64,000 nt of DNA from an uncultured Actinomycetota bacterium. Lineage in GTDB: Bacteria > Actinomycetota > Actinomycetes > CAVWCF01. The notes under the pieces are model-generated. The model did not search any database. It saw nothing but the letters and a program-made list of their open reading frames with translations, and had not been told where the DNA came from. The DNA lies in the NCBI GenBank assembly GCA_963697565.1, contig CAVOOM010000007.1:192866-256865 (forward strand). The letters are read 5' to 3'. Made by a program: the position numbers and the translations under genes. Positions 1-16,683 of this stretch are shown here, one piece after another (positions within the stretch are counted from its first letter, which is position 1; each line of letters starts with the position of its first letter).

Positions 1-1561
1 GATGGGCTGGTCCCGTCAGCCGAGCAGGTGAAGGACTCGCCGGGGGCGAGGGTCGTCAGGGCAGGTCGACGGGCGTGGCCGGGCGGGTGACCGGATTGCC
101 GCCCTCCACGGTCACGGTGTCGGTGACCGCGATGCTGCGACAGCGTGACGTTGCCGGTGTTGGTGACCGATGTACTCCCACTGGACCGGGTCGCCGCCGG
201 GACCAGTCGGGACCGAGGGCGGGCAGTGTCGGCGTCGGTGCCGTTGGTGAACTTCTCGATGTCGATCGCGGGGGCGGCCGGGAGCCGGTTGTAGATCGTG
301 CAGGTGACGATCGCGTCGGGCGGGACGACGGGGGCGATGAAGCCCAGAGTCGACGGGGGTGATCGGCGAGAGGTTCGGTCGGGGAGGTCCGGCGTGCGGT
401 AGGTGCAGGTGGTCAGGGCGGGGTCGTAGACCAGCCCGGGGATCACGCCGCCCGGGTCCTGCTCGGTGATGGTGACGGTGGAGGCCGTCGGATCGGTGGT
501 GTCCCACTGGAAGTTCGCGAATCCGGACGCGTCGGTCGGGGTGGTGGCCGTGTCGCCGGTGGCCCCCGCCGGGAGCACCCAGGCCTTGGGCGTGGGTGCT
601 GGCGACGGCGGTGATGTCGAAGCCGGCCCCCGGCTCGGCGTCACCGACGTCGGTGTCCGGGGTGAGGTCCACCAGCTTGCGCACGGTGATCGGACGGCGC
701 GCACAGCTGGAAGGCGGCATCGCGCAGCGCGTGCTCCAGCAGGGCGAAGTTGGGCTCCCGGTAGACGTCGGTCGTGGAGATGTCGAAGGGCTGGCCGTTG
801 TCGGGGAAGACGTCCGGGCCGGAGACCTTGATCAACCGGTTGAGCGCGGAGTTGCTGCTGAGCCCGTCGCCGACCGCGAGGGCAAGAACGTGGCTGCCAA
901 GCGGACTTGAGCCCGTTGGAGTTCGAGACGGCGCGGTTCGCGGCGGGGTTCTCGTTGGCGTCCTGGACCTGGTTGGAACTCAGCGGCACCTTGGTCTCGT
1001 ACTCGAGCTGGGTGACCCGGTCCTCGCGGATGATCTTGTTGGGGTTGCCGTCGGTGATGAAGACGACCAGATGCGGCTGCACCGCGCTCGGGCGGGGTTG
1101 CAGGAAGCGGCCCACCCGGAAGCCGTCTTCCCAGTTGGTGGATCCGTCTGGGTTGTAGTTGTCGGCTGATGTAGGGCTCGAAGACGGTGGCGATCGTGGC
1201 GTCGGTGACGGTGATGTAGTCCTGCGGCTGCGCCGGCGCCGGGGGTGACAGGGGTAGCCGCGCGACGGTGGAGAACTCGTTGACCGCGAGCCGCGACCCG
1301 GTGTTCTTCAGGGAGCTGGTGAAGGCCCGGAAGGCGCGCTGGACGTCGCTCTTGTAGGGCTTGACCGAACCGGACTCATCCAGGATCACCAGGATGTCCA
1401 GGCCGCAGGCGACGGCGAGGTCGGGGTTGGTGATCGGGATGCTCGGCTCGCCGGGCGCGGCCGCGGCCTTGCGGGGCGGCGATGGCCAACCCGCCGGCCA
1501 GCACGACCCCTGCGGCCACCAGCGCCGTGAGGCGGCTCCCGCGTCCGGTGCGGACCCCCAT
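1..1561 (-). pseudogene. vWA-domain secreted/surface protein with DUF11-like C-terminal repeats. The 3' end runs off the window and the frame is broken many times as assembled.
   Basis: Signal peptide MGVRTGRGSRLTALVAAGVVLAGGLAIAAP (ORF 1376..1615-). vWA beta1/MIDAS DILVILDESGSV (ORF 832..1389-). VVFITDGNP, then VTNTGNVTL and LAPGESFTCSA repeat motifs, are recovered only by hopping among all three minus frames (about 12 frame changes by hand). No stop is reached in the phased frame at position 1. Confidence 0.6.
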
Positions 1562-1689
1562 GCGACCGATGCTCACAGTCCAACCTCCGAGGCGCGTTGC
1601 AGAGTGCGTCCACACATGCGGCGCACCGCGCGCAGGCTATGCCCGCAGGGCCCTGAATGCAGGCGGGAGTCCCCCTTTCGGGTACGCGG

Positions 1690-2349
1690 TCACCAGCCGC
1701 GTTCGCGCCACTCGGCGAGGTGGGGGCGCTCGGCGCCGAGCGTGGTGTCGTGGCCGTGGCCGGGGTAGACCCAGGTCTCGTCGGGCAGCCGGCCGAAGAC
1801 CTTTGCCTCCAGGTCGCCCATCAGCGAGGCGAACGCGGCCGCGTCGCCCCACGTGTTGCCTGGGCCCCCAGGGAAGAGCGAGTCGGCCGTGAGCAGGTGC
1901 GGCGGCCCCTCGGGGTCGTCGTACAGCAGGGCGATCGAGCCGGGCGTGTGGCCGACGAGGTGGATGACCTCCAGCTCCACGGCGCCGAAGCGCAGCCGGT
2001 CGCCGTCGGCGAGCAGCACGTCGGTCTCGACCGGGATCTCGGCGGCGTCGTCGCCGTGGGCGTACGTCCGCGCGCCCGTCGCGGCGACCACCTCGGCGAG
2101 GGCCTGCCAGTGGTCGGCGTGCCGGTGCGTGGTGACGACCCCGGCCAGCCCGTCCTCGCCGACCAGCGCCAGCAGCCGCTCGGGCTCGGCGGCGGCGTCG
2201 ACCAGGATCTGCTCGCCGGTCTCCCGGCACCGAAGCAGGTACGCGTTGTTGTCGTGGGCGCCGACCGAGAGCTTGCTCAGGGACAGGTGGGCCAGCTCGC
2301 GGGCCTGGGCGGGCCCGCCGGGGTGGACTTTGCCGGTGTAGCCGGTCAC
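1690..2349 (-). CDS. MBL-fold metallo-hydrolase (glyoxalase II-like)
   Basis: Intact 219-aa ORF with the THRHADH metal-binding motif, GHTPGS and YPGHG motifs. Confidence 0.85.
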   Translation of the reverse strand: MTGYTGKVHPGGPAQARELAHLSLSKLSVGAHDNNAYLLRCRETGEQILVDAAAEPERLLALVGEDGLAGVVTTHRHADHWQALAEVVAATGARTYAHGDDAAEIPVETDVLLADGDRLRFGAVELEVIHLVGHTPGSIALLYDDPEGPPHLLTADSLFPGGPGNTWGDAAAFASLMGDLEAKVFGRLPDETWVYPGHGHDTTLGAERPHLAEWRERGW

Positions 2350-2398
2350 GGGGTCCTCACTTCCATGAGCGCCGGAATCGCCTCAGAGCCGCGTCGTC

Positions 2399-3113
2399 TT
2401 AGAGCCATGGCGGGAGCGTCGGGGTCGGCCCGGCCGGGGTGACCACGAGGTATCGGCCGTCATCTCGACCGGTGAGCCACGCCAGCAGCCGCCAGGACGG
2501 GCCGGTCAGGGTGGGCGGCCCTCCGCCCCGCACCGGCCAGGTGCGCTCCTGGTCGCGGGCCTCCACCGAGAAGCCGTCGACGCCGGGCCGGGTGTCGAAG
2601 ACCGCGATCGCCTCCGCCAGCTCGGCGACGACGAAGTCCTGCGGCCACGCCGACGGCAGGTAGCCCGCGCCGAGGTCGACGTGGTGGATCTCCACCTCCC
2701 GCCGCCGCAGGTCGACCATCCGGCGCGCGGTGCGCCGAACCTCGGCGACGAGCGTCACCTCGGCGTCCCAGGCGTCGTCCGGCAAGGGCGTCGAAGGCCG
2801 CCAGGCCCACCGGGCGCACTGGGCGGTCAGCTCGGCGGCCAGCGCCGAGGGCGGCAGGGCGGCCCAGGCGGCGATCCCGGCGTCGCGGGCCTCGCGCGAG
2901 TCGTACACGGGCACCGGCTCGCCCGCCGCGAGCGCCCTCCGCGGCCCGGGCCATGCCCTCGGCGTTGCGGGCCAGATGGGCGACCACGTGGGCCCGGGTC
3001 CAGCCCGGCAGCAGGCTGTCGGCGGCCCAGGCGCGAACGGGCCCCAGCCGCGCACGGTGGTGAGCAGGGCGTGCAGTCGACGCGGCCACGGGCGAGAGGT
3101 CGGGGCTGCTCAC
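2399..3113 (-). pseudogene. Maleylpyruvate isomerase family mycothiol-dependent enzyme (DinB/MDMPI-like); one frame break near 2940
   Basis: The N-terminus [18 protein letters not shown] is in ORF 2460..3113-. The remainder ([15 protein letters not shown]...[11 protein letters not shown]...LLAWLTGRD) is in ORF 2399..3055-. Confidence 0.7.
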
Positions 3114-3236
3114 GCCGCGAACCTACCGCCGTCCGCCGCGACGCCGAGGAGGCCGCTGTCGGCTCCCACGGTTAGCCTGGGTCGCGCAGCACCGAAGCCC
3201 CGCCAGCGCCGAACCAGCCGTACGACCCAGGAGCCT

Positions 3237-6100
<2,864 letters not shown>

Positions 6101-6104
<4 letters not shown>

Positions 6105-6524
6105 GCGTCACCCGTCGCACCGTTCTGCAGACCGCAGCCGTCGCCGGGGTCGGCGTCGCGACAGCGGGGGCGCTGGCCGCGTGCTCGACGGACACCGGAA
6201 GCGACGGCGGGGGCGGCGACGGCGGCGAGTCAACCGGCGCAGCCGGCGACAGCGTCGCCAAGGCCGACGTCCCGGTCGGCAGCGGGGTCATCGTCGGGCG
6301 GCACGGTCTTCACCCAGCCGGTCGCCGGCGAGTTCGCCGCGTTCTCCACCACCTGCCCGCACAACCAGTGCCCCGTCGACGCGGTCAAGGGCGACGCCAT
6401 CAGCTGCCCCTGCCACGGCAGCGAGTTCTCGATCGAGGATGGCTCGGTCATCAAGGGACCGGCCCGCCGGGGCCTGGCCGTGCAGACCGTCACCGTCGAG
6501 GGCGACCAGGTCGTCGCCACCTGA
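6101..6524 (+). pseudogene. Rieske (2Fe-2S) domain protein with a Tat signal and lipobox; one frame break near 6297
   Basis: The ATG at 6101 overlaps the uvrA stop (ATGA). [28 protein letters not shown] is a twin-arginine signal plus lipobox. After a +1 shift the sequence reads [25 protein letters not shown]...[10 protein letters not shown] (CxH...CxxH Rieske motif), with stop at 6522-6524. Confidence 0.75.
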
Positions 6525-6554
6525 TGCGCGCGCCGCGCGCTTAGGCTGACCCGC

Positions 6555-8601
<2,047 letters not shown>

Positions 8602-8605
<4 letters not shown>

Positions 8606-9477
8606 GCGTTCCGTCGCCCCCCGAGGTGCTGGTCGTGAGCGGCATGTCCGGCGCCGGCCGCAGCACGGCGGCGCATGTCCTGGAGGACCTCGGCTGGTTC
8701 GTCGTCGACAACCTGCCGCCCGCGCTGCTGCCCACCATGGCCGAGCTCGCGGGCCGCAGCCTGGGGGCCGTGCCCCGGGTGGCCGCCGTGGTCGACGTGC
8801 GCGGCCGGGCGTTCTTCGCCGACCTGACCGACGCCATGGCCACGCTGCGGGCCTCGGGCGCCGACGTGCGCACGCTCTACCTGGAGGCCTCGGACGAGGT
8901 GCTCGTCCGCCGCTTCGAGGGGGTCCGCCGGCCGCACCCGCTGCAGGGCGACGGCACCATCACCGACGGAATCGCCCGCGAGCGCGAGCTGCTCCGCGAG
9001 CTGCGCGGCGACGCCGACCTGACCATCGACACCAGCGGCCTCAACGTGCACCAGCTCCGCGGGCAGATCGAGGGGGTCTTCGCCTCGGCCCAAGGCCCGC
9101 CCGTCGTCCACGCCACCGTGCTGTCGTTCGGCTTCAAGTACGGCCTGCCGGTGGACGCCGACCTCGTCGTCGACCTGCGCTTCCTGCCCAACCCCCACTG
9201 GGTCCCCGAGCTGCGGCCCCACACCGGCCTCGACCCGGATGTCTCGCAGTACGTGCTCGGGCAGCCGGATGCAGAGGAGTTCCTCCGCCGGTACGAGGAG
9301 GTGCTGCGCCTGGTGATCCCCGGCTACCTCCGCGAGGGCAAGCGGTTCCTCGTCTTGGCCGTGGGCTGCACCGGCGGCAAGCACCGCAGCGTGGCGATGG
9401 CCGAGGAGATCGGGCGGCGCCTTGCGGAGGCGGGCGTGGACGTCCGGGTCAGCCACCGCGACATGGGTCGCGAGTGA
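8602..9477 (+). CDS. rapZ: RNase adapter protein RapZ (P-loop, YvcJ family)
   Basis: Intact 291-aa ORF; Walker [12 protein letters not shown]; the GTG overlaps the uvrC stop (GTGA); conserved uvrC-rapZ-yvcK-whiA order. Confidence 0.9.
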
Positions 9478-9490
9478 ACGTGCGGGTCCA

Positions 9491-10471
9491 GTGAACGCAG
9501 GGGAGGCCAAGGCCCCTCCGGCCGTCGTCGCCCTCGGCGGGGGCCACGGCCTGTCGGCGTCGCTGCGCGCCCTGCGCCGGGTGACGTCACGGCTCACGGC
9601 GGTGGTCACGGTGGCCGACGACGGGGGGTCGAGCGGCCGGCTGCGCGAGGAGTTCGGCGTCCTCCCGCCCGGCGACCTGCGGATGGCCCTGGCAGCGCTC
9701 TGCGACGACGACGACTGGGGCCGCACGTGGGCGCGGGTGCTGCAGCACCGCTACCGCACCGAGGGCTCGATGCACGGGCACGCCGCCGGCAACCTGCTGC
9801 TGGTGGCCCTCTGGGAGCTGCTGGACGACCCGGTGGAGGGCCTCGACTGGGTGGGCCGGCTGCTCGGGGCCTCCGGCCGGGTGCTGCCGATGGCGCTGGA
9901 GCCGCTGACCCTGGTGGCCGATGTGGTGGGCCTGGACGTCGGGGACCCCCTCGCCGCGAGCGAGGTCCGCGGCCAGGTGGCCGTGGCGACCACCCGCGGC
10001 CAGGTGCAGGGCGTCCGGTTGGAGCCGGAGCGGCCGACCGCCTGCCCCGAGGCCCTGCAGGCCGTACGCGCCGCCGACTGGGTCGTGCTCGGACCCGGCT
10101 CGCTGTTCTCCAGCCTGATCCCGCACCTGTTGGTGCCCGAGCTCGCCACCGCGCTCGTCCAGACGCCTGCCCGGCGCGTCTTCGTGCTCAACCTGGCCGC
10201 CCAGTCCGGCGAGACGGAGGGCTTCTCGCCGGAGACCCACCTCGAGGTGCTGGCCGCGCATGCCCCCGACCTGCGGGTGGACGTCGTCCTGGCCGACCAG
10301 GCGCACGTTCCGGATGTTGCCGGGCTGCGCCGCGCGGCCGAGTGCCTGGGGGCCGAGCTCATGGTCGAGGACGTGGCCGAGCGCTCCGGGCTGCCCCGTC
10401 ACGATCCGGTCCGGTTGGCTACGGCCTTCGGACGGGTCTTCGGTCGTGGCAGGATCGCCCCATGGCGATGA
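9491..10471 (+). CDS. yvcK: Gluconeogenesis factor YvcK / CofD-like family protein
   Basis: [17 protein letters not shown] and [15 protein letters not shown] motifs. GTG 9491 was chosen inside ORF 9422..10471 to avoid overlap with rapZ. Confidence 0.85.
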   Translation: MNAGEAKAPPAVVALGGGHGLSASLRALRRVTSRLTAVVTVADDGGSSGRLREEFGVLPPGDLRMALAALCDDDDWGRTWARVLQHRYRTEGSMHGHAAGNLLLVALWELLDDPVEGLDWVGRLLGASGRVLPMALEPLTLVADVVGLDVGDPLAASEVRGQVAVATTRGQVQGVRLEPERPTACPEALQAVRAADWVVLGPGSLFSSLIPHLLVPELATALVQTPARRVFVLNLAAQSGETEGFSPETHLEVLAAHAPDLRVDVVLADQAHVPDVAGLRRAAECLGAELMVEDVAERSGLPRHDPVRLATAFGRVFGRGRIAPWR

Positions 10472-11442
10472 CCAGCGCGGTGAAGGACGAGCTGTCGCGG
10501 GTCGCGGTGACCAAGCCCTGCTGCCGCAAAGCCGAGGTGTCGGCCACCCTGCGGTTCGCGGGCGGGCTGCACATCGTCGCCGGCCGGATCGTCATCGAGG
10601 CCGAGCTGGACACCGGATCGGCGGCCCGGCGGCTGCGCCGCGACATCGCGGAGGTCTTCGGCCACACCAGCGAGGTGCACGTGCTCGCCGCGGGCGGCCT
10701 GCGCCGCGGCAGCCGCTACGTCGTCCGGGTGGTCCGCGACGGCGAGGCGCTGGCGCTGCAGACCGGGCTGCTGGACAGCCGCGGGCGTCCGGTCCGCGGG
10801 CTGCCCCCCCAGGTGGTGTCGGGCTCGCTGTGCGACGCGGAGGCCGCGTGGCGTGGGGCCTTCCTCGCGCACGGCTCGCTCACCGAGCCGGGACGGTCGT
10901 CGGCCCTGGAGATCACCTGCCCGGGCCCGGAGGCGGCGCTGGCGCTGGTGGGCGCGGCCCGCCGGCTGGGGGTGCCGGCCAAGGCCCGCGAGGTGCGCGG
11001 CATCGACCGGGTGGTCATCCGCGACGGCGACGCCATCGGCGCCCTGCTCACCCGGCTCGGGGCGCACGACAGCGTGATGGCGTGGGAGGAGCGGCGGATG
11101 CGCCGCGAGGTCCGCGCCACCGCCAACCGGCTGGCCAACTTCGACGACGCCAATCTGCGCCGGTCCGCGCGGGCGGCCGTGGCGGCCTCCTCCCGGGTCA
11201 AGCGCGCCATGGAGATCCTGGGCGACGACATCCCCGACCACCTGGCCACCGCCGGCCGGCTCCGCCTGGAGCACGGCCAGGCCAGCCTGGAGGAGCTCGG
11301 CGCCCTCGCCGAGCCGCCGCTGACCAAGGACGCCGTGGCCGGCCGGATCCGCCGGCTGCTCGCGATGGCCGACAAGCGCGCCGCGGAGCTGGGCATCCCG
11401 GACACCGAGGCCGACCTGCCGCCCGACCTCCCGGACGACTGA
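10462..11442 (+). CDS. whiA: DNA-binding sporulation/cell-division regulator WhiA
   Basis: [14 protein letters not shown]...[27 protein letters not shown]-like region and C-terminal HTH. In frame within ORF 9727..11442. Confidence 0.92.
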   Translation: MAMTSAVKDELSRVAVTKPCCRKAEVSATLRFAGGLHIVAGRIVIEAELDTGSAARRLRRDIAEVFGHTSEVHVLAAGGLRRGSRYVVRVVRDGEALALQTGLLDSRGRPVRGLPPQVVSGSLCDAEAAWRGAFLAHGSLTEPGRSSALEITCPGPEAALALVGAARRLGVPAKAREVRGIDRVVIRDGDAIGALLTRLGAHDSVMAWEERRMRREVRATANRLANFDDANLRRSARAAVAASSRVKRAMEILGDDIPDHLATAGRLRLEHGQASLEELGALAEPPLTKDAVAGRIRRLLAMADKRAAELGIPDTEADLPPDLPDD

Positions 11443-11535
11443 GCCGCCAGCCCCGGCCAACCCGGTTGGGGCTTTGGGCCTGAACACGGTCGTCGCGCAC
11501 CCACTAGGCTTGCTGGTCAGTTACCCCCAAACTGA

Positions 11536-12549
<1,014 letters not shown>

Positions 12550-12594
12550 CCGACCGCGCGTACCCGAGCCGCACAGACCAGGCAGGAGCAGACC

Positions 12595-13803
12595 ATGCGG
12601 GGCATCGAGTCCCTCGACGTCCAAGGCCGGCGCGTGCTCGTCCGGTCCGACCTCAACGTCCCCCTCGGGGACCCGGTCGGGCCGGGCGGCCTGCGGGCCA
12701 TCACCGACGACGGACGGATCCGGGCCAGCCTGCCCACGATCCAGGCGCTCGCCGCGCGCGGCGCCCGGGTCGTGGTCTGCGCGCACCTCGGCCGGCCCAA
12801 GGGCGAGGCGCGCCCCGAGCTGTCGCTCGCCCCGGTCGCCAGGCGGATGGGCGAGCTGCTCGGCGCCGAGGTGCCGTTGGCCGCCGATGTGGCCGGGCCC
12901 TCCGCCCAGGCGGTCTCCGGCGGGCTGGCCGACGGCCAGATCGCGCTGCTGGAGAACCTCCGGTTCGAGGCGGCCGAGACCACCAAGGACGACGCCGAGC
13001 GCGGCGCGTTCGCCGACCAGCTGGCGGCCCTGGCCGACCTCTACGTCGGCGACGGCTTCGGCGCGGTGCACCGCAAGCACGCCAGCGTCTTCGACGTCCC
13101 GATGCGCCTGCCGCACGCGGCGGGCGGCTTGGTCGCGGCCGAGGTCGAGGTGCTGCGGCGCCTCACCGTCGACCCGGCGCGGCCGTACGCGGTAGTCCTG
13201 GGCGGCTCGAAGGTCTCCGACAAGCTCGGGGTCATCTCCAACCTGCTCACGACCGTCGACCGCCTGGTCATCGGCGGCGGCATGGTCTACACGTTCCTGG
13301 CCGCGCAGGGGCACGGGGTCGGCACCTCGCTGCTCGAGGCCGACCAGCTCGACACCGTCCGCGGGGTGCTGGCCGACGCCGAGGCGCGCGGGGTCCAGGT
13401 CGTGCTGCCCTCCGACATCGTGGTCGCCCCGGCGTTCGCCGCCGACGCGCCGGCCACCGTGGTGTCCGCTGATGCCATCCCCGCCGACCAGATGGGCCTG
13501 GACATCGGGCCGCGGGCCCGCGAGGAGTTCGCCGCAGCGCTGGCCGACGCGCAGACGGTCTTCTGGAACGGCCCGATGGGCGTCTTCGAGTTCCCCGCCT
13601 TCGCCGAGGGCACCCGGGCGCTGGCCGGCGCGCTGGCCCACTCGACCGGCCTCACGGTCGTCGGCGGCGGCGACTCGGCCGCCGCGGTCCGCACGCTGGG
13701 CTTCCGCGACGAGGAGTTCGGCCACATCTCAACCGGGGGAGGCGCGAGCCTGGAGTACCTCGAGGGCAAGCAGCTGCCCGGCCTCACCGCTCTGGAGGAC
13801 TGA
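12595..13803 (+). CDS. pgk: Phosphoglycerate kinase
   Basis: Intact 402 aa; [16 protein letters not shown] and [13 protein letters not shown] motifs. Confidence 0.97.
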   Translation: MRGIESLDVQGRRVLVRSDLNVPLGDPVGPGGLRAITDDGRIRASLPTIQALAARGARVVVCAHLGRPKGEARPELSLAPVARRMGELLGAEVPLAADVAGPSAQAVSGGLADGQIALLENLRFEAAETTKDDAERGAFADQLAALADLYVGDGFGAVHRKHASVFDVPMRLPHAAGGLVAAEVEVLRRLTVDPARPYAVVLGGSKVSDKLGVISNLLTTVDRLVIGGGMVYTFLAAQGHGVGTSLLEADQLDTVRGVLADAEARGVQVVLPSDIVVAPAFAADAPATVVSADAIPADQMGLDIGPRAREEFAAALADAQTVFWNGPMGVFEFPAFAEGTRALAGALAHSTGLTVVGGGDSAAAVRTLGFRDEEFGHISTGGGASLEYLEGKQLPGLTALED

Positions 13804-13808
13804 CCCGC

Positions 13809-14603
13809 ATGGCCGCAGGACCCGCCCGCACCCCGCTCATCGCCGGCAACTGGAAGATGAACCTCAACCACCTCGAGGCCATCGCGCTCGTCCAGAAGCT
13901 CGCGTTCTCGCTCAAGGACGACGACTACGCCTCCTGTGATGTGGCGGTGATCCCGCCGTTCACCGACATCCGCTCGATCCAGACGCTGATCGACGGCGAC
14001 AAGCTGCGGCTGGTCTACGGCGCGCAGGACGTCTCGGCGCACGAGTCGGGCGCCTACACCGGCGAGGTGTCGGCGGCGATGCTGGCCAAGCTGGGCTGCT
14101 CGTACGTCGTCGTGGGCCACTCCGAGCGTCGGCAGTACCACGCCGAGGACGACGCGCTGGTGGCCGCCAAGGCCAAGGCCGCGATCGCCCACGGCATGAC
14201 GCCGATCGTCTGCGTCGGCGAGGGGCTCGAGGTGCGCCGCGAGGGCCGCCAGGTCGAGCACACCCTGGCCCAGCTCGACGGCTCGCTGGCCGGGCTGAGC
14301 GCCGAGCAGGTCGCCGCGCTCGTCGTCGCGTACGAGCCGGTCTGGGCGATCGGCACCGGCGAGGTCGCCACCCCGGACGACGCCCAGGAGGTGTGCGCGG
14401 CCATCCGCGCGCGCATCGCCGAGGTGCACGGGGCCGGCGCGGGGGAGCAGGTCCGGGTGCTCTACGGCGGCTCGGTCAAGGGCTCCAACGCGGCCGGGAT
14501 CATGGTGATGGCCGATATCGACGGCGCCCTGGTCGGCGGCGCGGCCCTCGACGCGGAGGACTTCACCCGGATCTGCCGCTTCCGCGAAGGACTTGCGGAC
14601 TAG
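13809..14603 (+). CDS. tpiA: Triose-phosphate isomerase
   Basis: Intact 264 aa; [26 protein letters not shown]. Confidence 0.97.
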   Translation: MAAGPARTPLIAGNWKMNLNHLEAIALVQKLAFSLKDDDYASCDVAVIPPFTDIRSIQTLIDGDKLRLVYGAQDVSAHESGAYTGEVSAAMLAKLGCSYVVVGHSERRQYHAEDDALVAAKAKAAIAHGMTPIVCVGEGLEVRREGRQVEHTLAQLDGSLAGLSAEQVAALVVAYEPVWAIGTGEVATPDDAQEVCAAIRARIAEVHGAGAGEQVRVLYGGSVKGSNAAGIMVMADIDGALVGGAALDAEDFTRICRFREGLAD

Positions 14604-14840
14604 CGGCACGACAAGGGGCATAAGTCCTGCGGTTGGGGGCCAGGAGGCTCCCTGAGGGGGCCAAACAGGTCACGGTCTGGTTGCGAGCGCGTCGCGATGC
14701 GGTGCGTCGCTGGACTCAGGTGGCCCCCTCGGGTGACGATCGCCACGCTGCACCCCGCAGCAAGAGATCTCGTGCGTCGACGTCTGCCTCCGCGGAGGCC
14801 TCGATGGCACCGGGACACACCTGAACGAGAGGGAGAACAG

Positions 14841-16508
14841 ATGCGCGTGCGCACTCGCTCGACGGTCGCCGTCGCCGGCATTTCGGTGCTGGCGCTCGGG
14901 CTGGCCGCCTGCGGTAGCAGCGACGAGGAATCGGGCGGCGGCGACGGCGCCAGCGGCTCGATGATCTACGCCAACACCACCCCCCAGAACCCGCTGATCC
15001 CAGCCCTGACCAACGAGACCGCGGGTGGCGACATCCTCGACGCGCTCTTCACGGGCCTGATCAACTACAGCCCCGACGACGCGAGCCCGATCGACGCGGT
15101 CGCCTCCTCGATCGAGGCCAATGAGGACTCCACCGTCTACACGATCAAGCTGAACGAGGGCTGGACCTTCCACGACGGCACGGACCTCACCGCCGACAGC
15201 TTCGTGGACGCCTGGAACTGGGGCGCGTACGGCCCGAACGGCGCCGCCAACTCGTACTTCTACGACGCCATCAAGGGCTTCACCGAAGTCCAGGGCGAGG
15301 ACAAGAACGGCGACGAGGCGATCAGCAAGGACGAGGCTCCGGTCACCGAGATGTCCGGCCTTGAGGTCGTCAGCGACACCGAGTTCACCGTGACCATGGC
15401 CAGCCCGAACTCGACCTTCCCGTCGCGCCTGGGCTACATCGCCTACGCGCCGCTGCCCGAGTCGTTCTTCACCGCGTGCGGCGACGACCCGACTGCCGCC
15501 TCGTGCACCGAGTGGGCCAATAACCCGATCGGCAACGGCCCCTACAAGACGTCCGCGGTCGACCTCGCCGTGGCGATCGATGTCGAGGCCTACGCCGACT
15601 ACAAGGGCCCGGACAAGGCCACCATCAGCAAGATCTCGTTCAAGAACTACCAGACCCTTGAGGCGGCCTACGCCGACCTGCAGGCCAACAACGTCGACTG
15701 GATGAACCAGGTCCCGGTGTCCGCCCTTGCCGGCAACGCCTACCAGACCGACCTGGACGGCCGCTACATCGACAAGCCGATCGGCACCTTCGCGTCGATC
15801 ACCTACCCGCTCTACGACAAGCGGTTCGACAACGTCCAGCTGCGCCAGGCGATCTCGATGGCGATCGACCGCGAGGCCATCATCAAGAGCATCTTCAACG
15901 ACAAGCGCACCCAGGCGGGCGGCTGGGTCTCCCCGGTGGTCGACGGCTACCAGGAGGGCGTCTGCGGCGAGTACTGCGTCTTCGATGCAGACAAGGCCAA
16001 CGCCGCACTCAAGGCCGCCGGCGGTTTCACCGGCACCCTGACGATCTCCTACAACGCCGATGGCGGCCACAAGGAGTGGGTCGAGGCCACCTGCGGCAGC
16101 ATCAAGAACACCCTCGCGATCGACTGCCAGGCCAAGCCCTACGTCGACTTCGCCACGTTCCTCGACGCGCGCGACAACGAGGAGATGGACGGCCTGTTCC
16201 GCACCGGCTGGCAGATGGACTACCCCTCGATCGAGAACTTCCTCGCGCCGCTGTACTTCACCGACGCCGGCTCGAACGACGGCGCCTACAGCAGCGAGAA
16301 GTTCGACAGCCTGATCGACCAGGCCAACGCGGCTTCGGGAGACGAGGGCATCAAGCTCTTCCAGGAGGCCGAGGCGCAGCTCGCGGCCGACATGCCGGTG
16401 ATCCCGATGTGGTACGGCCAGGCGCAGTCCGGCTACTCCACCAAGATCACCGACGTCAAGGTGACCCCGTTCGGCACGCTCGACCTGTCGAGCGTCAAGG
16501 CCAGCTGA
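14841..16508 (+). CDS. ABC transporter substrate-binding lipoprotein, peptide/nickel (family 5) type
   Basis: ATG 14841 lies within ORF 14697..16508. Signal plus lipobox VLALGLAACGSS; family-5 SBP-like sequence; GGGAGAA RBS. Confidence 0.85.
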   Translation: MRVRTRSTVAVAGISVLALGLAACGSSDEESGGGDGASGSMIYANTTPQNPLIPALTNETAGGDILDALFTGLINYSPDDASPIDAVASSIEANEDSTVYTIKLNEGWTFHDGTDLTADSFVDAWNWGAYGPNGAANSYFYDAIKGFTEVQGEDKNGDEAISKDEAPVTEMSGLEVVSDTEFTVTMASPNSTFPSRLGYIAYAPLPESFFTACGDDPTAASCTEWANNPIGNGPYKTSAVDLAVAIDVEAYADYKGPDKATISKISFKNYQTLEAAYADLQANNVDWMNQVPVSALAGNAYQTDLDGRYIDKPIGTFASITYPLYDKRFDNVQLRQAISMAIDREAIIKSIFNDKRTQAGGWVSPVVDGYQEGVCGEYCVFDADKANAALKAAGGFTGTLTISYNADGGHKEWVEATCGSIKNTLAIDCQAKPYVDFATFLDARDNEEMDGLFRTGWQMDYPSIENFLAPLYFTDAGSNDGAYSSEKFDSLIDQANAASGDEGIKLFQEAEAQLAADMPVIPMWYGQAQSGYSTKITDVKVTPFGTLDLSSVKAS

Positions 16509-16538
16509 CGGAGCACTGACCGTCTAGCCCGGCAACCA

Positions 16539-16580
16539 CAGATCGGCCCGTCGCCTCGGCGGCGGGCCGATCTGCCGTTT
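16539..16580 (+). terminator. Hairpin (12-bp perfect stem CAGATCGGCCCG / CGGGCCGATCTG) followed by CCGTTT. Likely an attenuating terminator between the binding-protein gene and the permease genes.
   Basis: Read directly: arms at 16539-16550 and 16563-16574, then a short T-run. It sits in the 175-bp gap after the SBP gene. Confidence 0.5.
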
Positions 16581-16683
16581 GGGGTGCAACGAGTTGCGGG
16601 CCACCCCGCAGATCTCCCACATGCCTTGGATCCAGCAGGTATCGTGCGGCCTGCCCTGCTTGCCCGTCGCCACTGGAGGATTC

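Noticed and set aside
2730-3236. A 170-aa N-terminal extension of uvrA in ORF 2730..4847.
   Set aside because: The extension is low-complexity and overlaps the minus-strand isomerase-family gene. Conserved UvrA sequence begins at the GTG at 3237.
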